Source of the DNA: an uncultured archaeon
Lineage (GTDB): Archaea > Nanobdellota > Nanobdellia > Pacearchaeales > GW2011-AR1
Assembly (NCBI GenBank): GCA_903831045.1
Contig: CAIKWG010000042.1
Location: 13,239 to 77,238 of the forward strand
Length of the DNA stretch: 64,000 bases
Direction of reading: 5' to 3'
Shown: positions 17,790 to 27,556 of the stretch, piece after piece
Numbering within the stretch: position 1 is the stretch's first letter
Layout: every line of letters begins with the position of its first letter
Made by a program: the position numbers and the translations under genes
Notes under the pieces: generated by a model
What the model saw: the letters and a program-made list of their open reading frames with translations, nothing else
Told to the model about the DNA's origin: nothing
Databases searched by the model: none

Positions 17790-17826
17790 TCTATTTGGAG
17801 AATAAATAAATAGAGTTCTTTTTTCA
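17790..17826 (+). terminator. weak AT-rich hairpin terminator
   Basis: TCTATTT...AAATAGA then GTTCTTTTTT. Confidence 0.35.
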
Positions 17827-17866
17827 AAAACAAAAAACAATTTTTTAATTAAATTTTTAGTTCATT

Positions 17867-19588
17867 ATGAAAAAACAAATTTCTTTTTTCGCAATCTTGA
17901 CGATGTGCTTAATGCTTTCCGTCAGTGTTTTTGGTCAGTCCTACAAAACAGCTGTTCCCATGAGTCAGCGTATTTCTGCATCGGCTTCTCTTCAACCCGT
18001 AAAATCTGGTAATCATTCGCTTCCGGTTATTGCCTGGGGGGGTGACATTGCAACAATCTATGGTGATATGTCTGGTATCTTCAAAAATGGAGGAGCAAAC
18101 ATTTCTACCCTCTTTCGTGAGGATGTGTTAACAAAACAAGTTGAAAAATGCTTGTCCGGAGAAACGCCCTATCTACGAGGAACAATGGGTATGATTAATG
18201 CTGCAGCAGATGCATTCCGAGCAAAAGGCATGGAGCTCGTTGTATTCTATGGTTTGACCTGGTCAACCGGAGGAGATGGAGCAGCTTTTCGTGCAGGAAA
18301 AAGTTTGAAGAATGCAAAAACAGTTATCGCTCAGCTCGACGGTCCGCATATGGACTACGCAGCAAACATGTTTGCAAATGCAGGCAGACTTGAGCAGATT
18401 CAATTCAAATTGGTTACTGACCTTTTGGCCGGTGTAGGTTTTAATGGTCCTGACCAATTTGTAAAAGATGTAACCATGGACGCTGTTTTTGCTATTACTC
18501 CTGATATTTTGACTCTGACAAGTAATGGTACGGTTGGAACAGGAAGTGAAGGTTCAGTTAAGGGAGCTACAATGGCTTTTACAACTAAAACCGCCAGCAG
18601 AATTATCTTTGATGTCTATGCAGTAAGAAAAGATTATTTTGATACACACAAAGAGGAAGTATTTGCCTTTGCAAGTGCATTAATGAAATCTCAGGAAGCT
18701 CTGCAGGATTTAATTAAAAATAAATCTTCTCGTCAGTCTGAATTTAAACAGTTGATGACCAAAGCTGCCGATTTGCTTTTGGCCGATCCAAATGCAACTC
18801 CCACTGCTGAAGCAATGCTTGGTGATTGTACTTTCATTGGTTTCGATGGTAACTATTCTTTCTTTACCGGTAAAGGCACAACCCGTAATTTTAAAACTCT
18901 GAACTCTGAAATTCAATCATCATTCTCAAAAATGAATCTGCTTGATGAACCAATTAATGTTCTACAAGCAAACTGGGATTATGCAGAATTGAAATCAGGT
19001 TTAAAGTATGCTACCATTGACGTTACTTCTGCTGCTCCTGCCGTTGTAACTACTGCTCCTAAATTTGATGCAAACAAAGTTGCTAAAGTAGTGGAATCAA
19101 AAATTGCAGCCGAGTCTGATACCTGGGATGAAGAAGGTACACTGTATACTTTTGAAATTTACTTTCAACCTAATCAGGATGTTTTTGATATTGCAAATTA
19201 TTCTGCTGACTTTAAAGAAATCCTGCGTCTTGCTCAGACTAACTCTGGTGCAATTGTTGTTCTCGAAGGATATTCTGATCCTGGAGCATATCTGAAAGCT
19301 CAGAAAGCCGGTTCAACTATTCAAGAATTAACTCAGATTAAACAGGCTGCTAAAAATCTTTCTGCTCAGAGATCTAATAATGCAAAAAAAGCATTCATGA
19401 CCTACTGCAAACAGAAAGGAATAGCCTTTGATGAGTCTCAGTTAACTCCTGTTGGTCGTGGAATAGATGCACCTAAATATGTTGCTCCTAAAACAAAAGA
19501 GCAGTGGTTGCAGAATTTCCGCGTTGCTTTCCGTCTGAAACAGGTGGAAGCCGAGAACTTGGATTTTGATCCTACAATTTACAAATAA
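17867..19588 (+). CDS. secreted periplasmic-binding-protein-like / OmpA-like C-terminal domain fusion
   Basis: Signal peptide MKKQISFFAILTMCLMLSVSVFGQ; NMT1/TauA-like body by eye; C-terminus VVLEGYSDPG...NLSAQRSNNAKKAF...GRGIDAP...NFRVAFR. Confidence 0.7.
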   Translation: MKKQISFFAILTMCLMLSVSVFGQSYKTAVPMSQRISASASLQPVKSGNHSLPVIAWGGDIATIYGDMSGIFKNGGANISTLFREDVLTKQVEKCLSGETPYLRGTMGMINAAADAFRAKGMELVVFYGLTWSTGGDGAAFRAGKSLKNAKTVIAQLDGPHMDYAANMFANAGRLEQIQFKLVTDLLAGVGFNGPDQFVKDVTMDAVFAITPDILTLTSNGTVGTGSEGSVKGATMAFTTKTASRIIFDVYAVRKDYFDTHKEEVFAFASALMKSQEALQDLIKNKSSRQSEFKQLMTKAADLLLADPNATPTAEAMLGDCTFIGFDGNYSFFTGKGTTRNFKTLNSEIQSSFSKMNLLDEPINVLQANWDYAELKSGLKYATIDVTSAAPAVVTTAPKFDANKVAKVVESKIAAESDTWDEEGTLYTFEIYFQPNQDVFDIANYSADFKEILRLAQTNSGAIVVLEGYSDPGAYLKAQKAGSTIQELTQIKQAAKNLSAQRSNNAKKAFMTYCKQKGIAFDESQLTPVGRGIDAPKYVAPKTKEQWLQNFRVAFRLKQVEAENLDFDPTIYK

Positions 19589-19618
19589 GAGTAAGAAAAC
19601 TTAATTGGAGATTTAATT

Positions 19619-20389
19619 ATGAAAAAGATAATTTTCTTATTTTTTCCACTGCTTATAATTTTTATGAGCAGTTGTGTGAATTCAGGGACAAATTCAAATT
19701 CATCTAATCCTGCGGCATCAACGGAGGTTTCAAAGCCAGTTTCAAAAGTGGATGTTGAACAAGCGATTGTTCCTTTTGATATTCCAGGAGAAGTAAGTTT
19801 GGCAAGAAACTTTTACTTTTTGTTTGATTGTTCTGGTTCAATGGGTGAAAAATGTAGCGGTAAGGAAAAAATAGTGGGAGCAAAAGAAGCTATGCTTCGT
19901 TTCCTAAAGAATATTCCTGCTGATGCAAACATTGGTTTGATTGCTTTTGGAGTTGACAGTGACCTTGGTTGCAAGGAAATTCTTATACTCGGAAAAAATG
20001 ATTATGCAACCATTGAGAAAGCAATTTCTACTCTTGAGCCAACGGGTCGAACACCTTTAGCTAAGGCAATATCCCTGGGAACAGACAGGTTAGTGAATCA
20101 GTACAAAAAACAATTGGGCTATGGAGAATATCGTCTGATTATAATCAGTGACGGGAATAATACTGATGGGGACATGGTGAAATCTTGTAAAAATCTTTCT
20201 CACTATGGATTTATCAGTTTGTATTCTATTGGCCTATGCATGGATACAGATAATGCTCTGAAATCCTTTGCATTGTCTTCTCGTGATGCTTCCAACTACG
20301 AAGAACTTGAAAAAGCTCTTGTTGAGACTGCTGCAGAGACAGATACTTTTGATTCATCTGTCTTTGATTCAACTCTGTTTAAAAAATAA
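19619..20389 (+). CDS. von Willebrand factor A (vWA) domain lipoprotein
   Basis: Lipobox FMSSC; MIDAS DCSGSMGEK, TGRTPLAKAI, IIISDGNNTDGD. Confidence 0.8.
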   Translation: MKKIIFLFFPLLIIFMSSCVNSGTNSNSSNPAASTEVSKPVSKVDVEQAIVPFDIPGEVSLARNFYFLFDCSGSMGEKCSGKEKIVGAKEAMLRFLKNIPADANIGLIAFGVDSDLGCKEILILGKNDYATIEKAISTLEPTGRTPLAKAISLGTDRLVNQYKKQLGYGEYRLIIISDGNNTDGDMVKSCKNLSHYGFISLYSIGLCMDTDNALKSFALSSRDASNYEELEKALVETAAETDTFDSSVFDSTLFKK

Positions 20390-20399
20390 TGTTTCACGG

Positions 20400-20433
20400 G
20401 GGCAGATAAACTCAAAATCTATCTGCCCTTTTT
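20400..20433 (+). terminator. hairpin terminator
   Basis: GGGCAGATA...TATCTGCCC followed by TTTTT. Confidence 0.6.
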
Positions 20434-20448
20434 AATTAAATTTTGAAA

Positions 20449-21999
20449 ATGAAAAAATTTATTGGTACAATTATTCTTATCCTCATTGGAGCAGGAATCT
20501 TTGCCTGGGTAAAATGGGGTTCTCCTTACTTTGCTGAAAAGAAGCAAATGAAAACTTCAGGAGTGAAGGTTGCCAACATGGAAACTTTGACTTGGGGGGG
20601 AGATGGCTATGCCGGTTACTTTGTCCTGAATTCTACTGAAATGAGAAGACGTCTTGCACTCAAAGGAATTATACTCAAATTTGTAGATGATGGAGGCGCC
20701 TATGCTTCTCGTCTTGAGAAATTCTCAAAAGGAGAATATGACTTTATTGCTCTTCCCGTAAGTTCATTTATTCAGCATGGAAAAAAATATTCCTATCGTC
20801 TTGGAACAATCCCTGCTGCAATATCAGAATCAATTGGAGCTGATGGGCTTTCTGTTTTTCCTGAGTTTAAATTTTCCAAGGTAAATGATTTTGATAATCC
20901 TAATCTCAAAATTGTTTACACGGGAGCTTCTCCTACTGAGGATATAATCAATTTGACTATCTCAAATTTTGATTTGTCTAATTTACAGGATTCTCCTTCT
21001 TGGAAAGTTGAGGTCAATAGTTCAGAAGAAGTTTTTAATCTTGCAAAAAAGGCTGCAAAAGAAAGTACCGTTGATAAAAGTACTACTGTTTACGGCATGT
21101 GGGAGCCAGAACTTTCAAAGGCTGAAGATCTCGGAATGAAAACAATTTGGGGATCAGAAAACTTTCGTAATTATATTGTGGATGTGTTTGTCTTTTCAAA
21201 TAAGGCAATGTCCGCTAAATTTGATAAAGTGACTGAAATTCTCAGAACCTATTTTGAAGTTGTTGATTATTACAACGCTCGCCAAGATGAACAGGTCAAG
21301 GAACTTAAAAAATTGACCAACCTCAAACAAGCAGCAGTTGAAAAGTTAATGTCTAAGATTCATTGGTACACACTTTATCAAAATGCCCATGATGAGTTCG
21401 GTATTTCTACGACCGCAGGAGATCAAGCAAATGAAGGATTGGTTAGAACCATCTATGCATGGAACGATATCAATCGTATCATGAATCTTGAAGGAGAGGT
21501 TGAGAATCCTTATACAATTTTGAATAAGAAAATTCTTGAAAATCTTCTTGCAAGTTCTCTGAAGCCAGTAGCTCCTTCAACGGTCTCAGCAGGTCCAGTA
21601 GATTTTAGTCCTCTGGATGCAAATGGCTGGGCAAGATTATCCGAAACGGGTATTATGAAAGTAGAGAACATTACTTTTCAGGCAAGTGCAAATAAAGTTG
21701 ATGATCTTGGAGAAGAGACGATTAGTAAAGTAGCTGAAAAACTTTTGCATAATTTTCCAAACAATCGTTTTCTAATTGCGGGCCATACTGCTCCCGGTGA
21801 CGAATCAGCAAACTTAAACCTTTCCCAGGAAAGAGCCAATGCTGTACGTCAAATTTTTATTGCAGTCTTTAACGTAGACCCGGACAGAATGTTAGCAAAA
21901 GGTTTTGGTTCCTCTCGTCCTCCTCAGAGAAAAGCAAATGAGTCTGAAAGAGCATTTCGTTCGCGCATGGCTCGTGTAGAATTTGTTCTAATGCAATAA
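20449..21999 (+). CDS. membrane-anchored binding-protein-like / OmpA-like C-terminal domain fusion
   Basis: Start moved to ATG 20449; N-terminal TM; SBP-like body; C-terminus FLIAGHTAPGDESANLNLSQERANAVRQ...ARVEFVL. Confidence 0.7.
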   Translation: MKKFIGTIILILIGAGIFAWVKWGSPYFAEKKQMKTSGVKVANMETLTWGGDGYAGYFVLNSTEMRRRLALKGIILKFVDDGGAYASRLEKFSKGEYDFIALPVSSFIQHGKKYSYRLGTIPAAISESIGADGLSVFPEFKFSKVNDFDNPNLKIVYTGASPTEDIINLTISNFDLSNLQDSPSWKVEVNSSEEVFNLAKKAAKESTVDKSTTVYGMWEPELSKAEDLGMKTIWGSENFRNYIVDVFVFSNKAMSAKFDKVTEILRTYFEVVDYYNARQDEQVKELKKLTNLKQAAVEKLMSKIHWYTLYQNAHDEFGISTTAGDQANEGLVRTIYAWNDINRIMNLEGEVENPYTILNKKILENLLASSLKPVAPSTVSAGPVDFSPLDANGWARLSETGIMKVENITFQASANKVDDLGEETISKVAEKLLHNFPNNRFLIAGHTAPGDESANLNLSQERANAVRQIFIAVFNVDPDRMLAKGFGSSRPPQRKANESERAFRSRMARVEFVLMQ

Positions 22000-22007
22000 T
22001 TAATTTC

Positions 22008-22934
22008 ATGGAGAAAAATAAATATCTTGAGGGAATTTTTGGGAATACAAAATATGCCCCTCCCTCTTCGAAATTTAAGGATCCTCTTCAGCAGGAAACC
22101 CAAATTCCTTCTTTAGAGGATCTAACTCCAAAAGCAATTCGAAAAGAATTAATGAAAAAGGTGAAAAAAAGTAGTATAACTAATACTGCCTATGCTTTGC
22201 CAATTTTAGCAATTTTTATCGCTCTTGCATTTGGAATTTCTCTGGGTTCATTGATTTCTTGGATACTAGCATCTTTTGGAGTAATAGCTCTAGTACGATG
22301 GGTAATTCCTAACTTCTTTCTCTTCGATGGTTTCGAAAAAAAGTATCGTAAAAATCTTCGGACTCTTATTGATCAGAGAGATGAAGAAAAGAGATTGCAA
22401 GTTAGAGAAAATCTTGAAAGACTGGGCATGCAGCAGGGTGCCGACCAATTCAATGAACTTCTGCAGACGTTTAATACTCTTGTTAGTGTTCTTGGAAAAA
22501 AGTTCAATGCAACTGAAATGACTTATATGAAATATTATGTAATAAGTCAGCAAGTTCTTGAAGCTGCTATGAACAATCTTCTGGAGATTACTCTTATTAA
22601 GACAAATCTAAGAAGCATAGATTCATCTGCACTACAAAAAAGGATTAAATATCTCAAGGCCTCCACTGACGAACTTGATAAGGAAGAAGTAAAAACTCTC
22701 AATGAAAGATTGGATTTATACAATTCTGAATCTACAAAAATAGAACGTCTTTTAGTTGAAAACGAGCAAGCCATAACCCAGATGGTTAAGACCACCAAAG
22801 CAATTTCTGAAGTTGACACCGTTGACCTTGAAGGAAAAGCGAAAATGGATGAAGCTATGCTTGAATTACGTGATGCTGTTCAGCGTCTTTCCTATTATCA
22901 TTTACACGAGTTAGATAAAAATGTTCCTCAATAA
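22008..22934 (+). CDS. 2-TM coiled-coil protein, XpaC-like by architecture
   Basis: Two adjacent TM helices after about 60 aa, then long helical region; sits directly upstream of the TelA-like gene, as xpaC-yaaN does in Bacillus. Confidence 0.45.
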   Translation: MEKNKYLEGIFGNTKYAPPSSKFKDPLQQETQIPSLEDLTPKAIRKELMKKVKKSSITNTAYALPILAIFIALAFGISLGSLISWILASFGVIALVRWVIPNFFLFDGFEKKYRKNLRTLIDQRDEEKRLQVRENLERLGMQQGADQFNELLQTFNTLVSVLGKKFNATEMTYMKYYVISQQVLEAAMNNLLEITLIKTNLRSIDSSALQKRIKYLKASTDELDKEEVKTLNERLDLYNSESTKIERLLVENEQAITQMVKTTKAISEVDTVDLEGKAKMDEAMLELRDAVQRLSYYHLHELDKNVPQ

Positions 22935-22962
22935 AAATTTAAAATTTAAGGAGTTAAAAATT

Positions 22963-24183
22963 ATGGAAACACAAGTAGTTGCAAAACCGCAAGTAGTAAC
23001 AAGAGAAGCTCTTGCATCAGAATTGAATCTTGGTAAGAATGATCTTTACAGCAATCCTGCAGATAACAAGGTCGTTGACATTGATCCTGAAATTGTTGCG
23101 TCCGTTCAACCCGAAGTGGATAAGTTCTTTCAAAATCTTATGGATAAGAATAAAGATGCCGCAGAAAAAACTGCAACAATCTATACTCTTGGGCGTAAGG
23201 CCGAAACCACTAAAAATGAGTTTCTTGATCGTCAGATGAAAGAGCTCATGACTGGAGAAGGAAATGGTCAGCTTGCTAATGGTCTGCTAAATCTTCGGGA
23301 TCAGATTGCAAAACTTGATCCTAATCTTTATTTTGGAGACAAATCCATTGGTGGATTCGGAAGCAGATTGGCCAGAAGATTGGCAGGAGATAACGAGTTT
23401 TTCAAAAAGCTCGTCCGCAAGTATCTGGATCAATACACTTCATCCGAAACTGTAATCCAAGAGATTGTTCTGGGATTGCAGGAAGGAGGTAAAAAGCTTC
23501 AGAGAAATAATATTACCCTCGGTGGAGAAAAAACGCAGATGCGGTCTGATGTCGAACAACTCAAAAAAGCAATTGCCTTTGGGCAGTTACTTGATGAGAA
23601 AATTGAAAAAGCAATTGCTGAAGCTACAGATGCCGAATGGAAACAGATTCTCTCTGAAGAAATTCTTTTCCCTTTGAGGCAGAGAATTAATTCCCTGAGG
23701 AAGACGCGGGTAGCTAAAGCTAACGGCATTTTAACTTATGAAATGATTGTACGTACGAACCAGCAGTTGATAAATGGTATCTTAAACGCAGACCAGGTCA
23801 TAGAAATATTAAAAATTGCTATCACCGAAAAACTTGCCATCCAGGATGCCAAAAAAGTGAATGAAGCAATTGCTGCTTTGGATAAACTCGCAGGTGATTT
23901 ACTTGTTGAGACTTCCGAAGATCTTCACAAAGTAGTTCTGGAAGTTTACAAAGTAGCTGCTCAGGCAGGGATTCCGATTCAGCAGTTGATCATTGCTCAT
24001 CAGAATGTTCTGGCTACAATCAAGGATTACTCTAAGTATATCCAGGATCAGCTTCCTATTATGAAAGAAGAAGCTACTCATGTTGAAGAATTGAACAAAG
24101 AGGTCGAAGAGGCCAATAAAAGAATGGAACGTGGTTCACGCATTGGCCTTCAGATTTCCGAAAGCATGAAAGACTTGTTTTAA
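22963..24183 (+). CDS. TelA-like (toxic anion resistance family) protein
   Basis: Start set to ATG 22963 behind AAGGAG; about 400 aa all-helical; by-eye similarity to TelA/YaaN layout. Confidence 0.55.
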   Translation: METQVVAKPQVVTREALASELNLGKNDLYSNPADNKVVDIDPEIVASVQPEVDKFFQNLMDKNKDAAEKTATIYTLGRKAETTKNEFLDRQMKELMTGEGNGQLANGLLNLRDQIAKLDPNLYFGDKSIGGFGSRLARRLAGDNEFFKKLVRKYLDQYTSSETVIQEIVLGLQEGGKKLQRNNITLGGEKTQMRSDVEQLKKAIAFGQLLDEKIEKAIAEATDAEWKQILSEEILFPLRQRINSLRKTRVAKANGILTYEMIVRTNQQLINGILNADQVIEILKIAITEKLAIQDAKKVNEAIAALDKLAGDLLVETSEDLHKVVLEVYKVAAQAGIPIQQLIIAHQNVLATIKDYSKYIQDQLPIMKEEATHVEELNKEVEEANKRMERGSRIGLQISESMKDLF

Positions 24184-24222
24184 TTCCCATCTTTCGATTC
24201 ATTTCGTGCTCAAATCATTTTC

Positions 24223-24250
24223 CTGTTTGGATTAAAAATAAACAGATTAA
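24223..24250 (+). terminator. degenerate family C hairpin
   Basis: CTGTTT...AAACAG with flanks resembling 3824 and 30197. Confidence 0.4.
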
Positions 24251-24297
24251 TCTTTCTTTTCACAAAAACAATTTTTTAATTAAATTTTTAGTTCATT

Positions 24298-25467
24298 ATG
24301 AAAAAACAAATTTTCTTTTTATTCGCAATTGTGATGTGCTTTATGCTTTCCACAAATATCAGTGTTAATGCTCAGTCTTCCAATAATTCTGCAGTCTATA
24401 CAGCTCCATGTGATGTTCCCATTATCACGCCGGTTATGAACGAGCCTCTGCCTTTTTTCTTTTCTCCGGATCAGGTAAAACCTAAAACCAAATTCAAAAT
24501 GGTTTGGTCAATCTATGCCGGTTGGAATCCCTGGGAATATGCCAGAGTTTCAGGTATCCTAGACAAATGGGCAAAGAAGTACGGAATCACCATTGAGTTG
24601 GAGCGATTGCAATATGGTCCTTCAATTGATGCATTTATGACTCCATCAGTAGATGCAATTGCAATTACAAATATGGATGTGCTCCTTGCACCAGTAACCG
24701 GGGGGATTGCTTGCACTGCTGCAATTATGGGGGACTTCAGTAACGGGAATGATGCTTACATTGTGAAAGGTAATCTTACAATTGCGGACATTCTAAATTA
24801 CGAAGTGATGCTTGTGGATAAAACGGTATCTGGTTATTTAGCTTTTAGAATGTGTGAGATGAATAGTCTTGACGCATCTAAGATTAAAATAAACAATACC
24901 AACGAAGACAAGATTACTTCAACTTTTCTTACCGATGCCAATAACAAAATGGTAATTACCTGGAATCCCTGGGTGATGCAGATTATGAAAAGTGACAATT
25001 CATTTCAAAATCTTTTCAACTCTTCAAAAATACCTGGTGAAATTCTTGATCTGACTGTTATCAAAACTTCTGTACTTGATAAAAATCCTAACTTTGGAAA
25101 AGCTCTGGCCGGTGCATGGTATGAAGTGATGGCCATAATGTCCTCAAGAACGGATAAAGGTAAAGCTGCTCTTAGTACTATGGCAGATATTGGAAGTTCA
25201 ACATTAATAGATTATACTGCTCAGCTGAAAACTACTGCAATGTTTTACACTCCTAAAGATGCAGCAGATTTTACTGAAAGCGAAGAAATGAAATCTAAAA
25301 TGTTGAAAGTCCGTAATTTCTGTTTTAAACAGGGCTGGCTGGGTGATTTGAAATCTCCAAATGATTTTGGAATTCAGTTTCCCAACGGCGTTGCTGGTTC
25401 TTCAGCGAATGTCCTCTTTAAATTTGATTCCAAGTTTATGAGGATGGCTGAACGTGGTGAATTGTAG
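24298..25467 (+). CDS. ABC transporter substrate-binding protein (NitT/TauT, NMT1-like)
   Basis: Signal peptide ...ISVNAQ; WSIYAGWNPWEYA..., WNPWVMQ motifs; next to cognate permease and ATPase. Confidence 0.7.
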   Translation: MKKQIFFLFAIVMCFMLSTNISVNAQSSNNSAVYTAPCDVPIITPVMNEPLPFFFSPDQVKPKTKFKMVWSIYAGWNPWEYARVSGILDKWAKKYGITIELERLQYGPSIDAFMTPSVDAIAITNMDVLLAPVTGGIACTAAIMGDFSNGNDAYIVKGNLTIADILNYEVMLVDKTVSGYLAFRMCEMNSLDASKIKINNTNEDKITSTFLTDANNKMVITWNPWVMQIMKSDNSFQNLFNSSKIPGEILDLTVIKTSVLDKNPNFGKALAGAWYEVMAIMSSRTDKGKAALSTMADIGSSTLIDYTAQLKTTAMFYTPKDAADFTESEEMKSKMLKVRNFCFKQGWLGDLKSPNDFGIQFPNGVAGSSANVLFKFDSKFMRMAERGEL

Positions 25468-25487
25468 TCTGTTTTTTATTAACCAAG

Positions 25488-25529
25488 AAAAGGTGCTGGA
25501 GTTTGAAATATTATCTTCAGCACCTTTTT
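25488..25529 (+). terminator. hairpin terminator
   Basis: AAAAGGTGCTG...CAGCACCTTTT. Confidence 0.6.
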
Positions 25530-25547
25530 AACAAATTAAATTTAGTC

Positions 25548-26642
25548 ATGATAAAACAAATTTTGAAAAAAGTAATCAAGTGGTTAGGAGAATTCTTTGT
25601 AGAAATTTTTAACATCTTCAGGAATTTTTTCAAACTGCGTACTACTCCTGGAAAAAAGGTTTCTCCGTTCCTAGTGAATCTAATCTTTGTATCAGCTATT
25701 TTATTCTATGGAATTGCTTCTTCCAAAAGGCATGAAGTTAACCCTAAAGATAAACTAGTTCCAACTTTTGGAATGATGTGGACTGCTGTTAAGAGCACAG
25801 TTTTTATTCCTAAGATAGAATATAAATTTAATGATTCAACCGGAGAGAGAATGTCTTACATAGGGCCCGAAACGTTACGCCAAGCTATCTCTCAGGATAT
25901 AAAAGATTACAAGGAAGGAAAATACCATTCCATTTTTCATCCTATTAATTCTGCTATGTTCTTTAAAGGAAGCACATTTTTCGAAGAGAAGAGATCAATC
26001 TTACTAAGAGATGGTGCAACTAGAAATATGCTTAATCATGGTGAGAGCAAGATTCTGAAAGATTCAATTGTAAGTGGAAGAATTGTTTTGAAAGCTATGG
26101 GATTAATTCTCATTGGAATATTCCTAGGGTTATATATGGGAATTTTTGCTTACATTGAAAAACTTCTCTACAGATTTGTTCTCTACTTTGATAAGATTCC
26201 TGCTCTTGCAATTTTGCCGATTCTATTTGTAATCCTCGGTACTGGAGAAATAACAAAAATAGCTTTGATTGTTATTGGAGTAGCTCCAACAATAATTCTT
26301 GATACATACCTGCGCGTAAAAACAGTTCATGATGAGCAGATTGTAACTGGATTAACTCTTGGTGCTTCTACTCCTGAGATTATCTACAAGATTGTTTTTC
26401 CTCAAATTTTTCCTGAAGTCTTGAATACAATCAGACTGAATTTTAAATCAGTCATTTTATTCTTACTTGCCGCAGAAGGAATTTGTGCAAATGCGGGAAT
26501 AGGTTATAGAATCTTTGTTGCTCAGCGTACAACTGACATGGCAACCATTATACCCTACGTGCTTCTAATTAGTCTGGCTGCATTTTTTGTAGACTGGGCA
26601 TTCAGATCTTGGATAAAATCATATAAATGGTTAAATAAATAA
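25548..26642 (+). CDS. ABC transporter permease (NitT/TauT family) with long N-terminal extension
   Basis: Start moved to ATG 25548; BPD-type core ...TGLTLGASTPEIIYKIVFPQIFPEVLN... with 6 TM. Confidence 0.75.
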   Translation: MIKQILKKVIKWLGEFFVEIFNIFRNFFKLRTTPGKKVSPFLVNLIFVSAILFYGIASSKRHEVNPKDKLVPTFGMMWTAVKSTVFIPKIEYKFNDSTGERMSYIGPETLRQAISQDIKDYKEGKYHSIFHPINSAMFFKGSTFFEEKRSILLRDGATRNMLNHGESKILKDSIVSGRIVLKAMGLILIGIFLGLYMGIFAYIEKLLYRFVLYFDKIPALAILPILFVILGTGEITKIALIVIGVAPTIILDTYLRVKTVHDEQIVTGLTLGASTPEIIYKIVFPQIFPEVLNTIRLNFKSVILFLLAAEGICANAGIGYRIFVAQRTTDMATIIPYVLLISLAAFFVDWAFRSWIKSYKWLNK

Positions 26643-26652
26643 TTCTAAAGTC

Positions 26653-27543
26653 ATGGAAAAGGAATATATTCTGACTGCAAAAGATTTAGTTCAATCCTAT
26701 GATGGAAGAACAATTCTTAATCATTTGAACTTTAAAATTAAAGAAGGAGAAATTGTTACGGTCGTTGGTCCAACTGGTTGTGGCAAATCTACTCTTCTGC
26801 GATTACTTCTTGGATCCGAACTGCCATTTAGTGGAGAGATTTTAATGTTTGGGGAAGAATTCAAATCTCCTGATAAAACTCGGGGAATTGTTTTTCAAAA
26901 ATATTCTCTCTACGAATTTCTTGACGTTAAGACAAATGTTATGTTTGGACTTGATCTGGGATACTTTAATCTATTTCAAAACATTCTTGTTTCTTTCGCA
27001 CCATTCTTGCTGAGGAAAAAGAATAGGTTGAAATTAAAAGAATTTCAAGAAGAGGCAAACCAGTATCTTGAAAAAGTGGGTTTAGCTGAGCACAAGGATA
27101 AATATCCTTTTCAACTTTCAGGAGGTCAGAGGCAGAGAGTTGCAATTGCACAATCTGCAATTCCAAATCCAAAAATTCTTTTGATGGATGAACCTCTGGG
27201 TGCACTGGATGTTAGCACTCGTGAAAGTTTGCAGTTGTTTATTAAAAATCTTTGGCAGGAAACAGGGCAAACAATTATCTTTGTAACCCATGACCTCGAA
27301 GAAGCCGTATTTCTTGGAACACGCCTTATCGTTCTTTCTCAATATTACAAGGATGGTAACGGGAACGGGGCAAAGATTGTCAAGGATATTGCTATTCCCT
27401 GGGCTGAGCCTCGTTCCGCTGAAATAAAATATTCCCCCGAGTTTAGTCAAATTATCAAAGAGATAAAACAAGAGGGATTAGATAAAAACTATCTTCAATC
27501 GGTTGAAGAATTTGATCTTAGTCATCCTGACTCAATTATTTAA
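26653..27543 (+). CDS. ABC transporter ATP-binding protein (NitT/TauT family)
   Basis: GPTGCGKST, LSGGQRQRVAIAQ, LLMDEPLGALD, VTHDLEEA. Confidence 0.9.
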   Translation: MEKEYILTAKDLVQSYDGRTILNHLNFKIKEGEIVTVVGPTGCGKSTLLRLLLGSELPFSGEILMFGEEFKSPDKTRGIVFQKYSLYEFLDVKTNVMFGLDLGYFNLFQNILVSFAPFLLRKKNRLKLKEFQEEANQYLEKVGLAEHKDKYPFQLSGGQRQRVAIAQSAIPNPKILLMDEPLGALDVSTRESLQLFIKNLWQETGQTIIFVTHDLEEAVFLGTRLIVLSQYYKDGNGNGAKIVKDIAIPWAEPRSAEIKYSPEFSQIIKEIKQEGLDKNYLQSVEEFDLSHPDSII

Positions 27544-27556
27544 AATTAACATTCCC

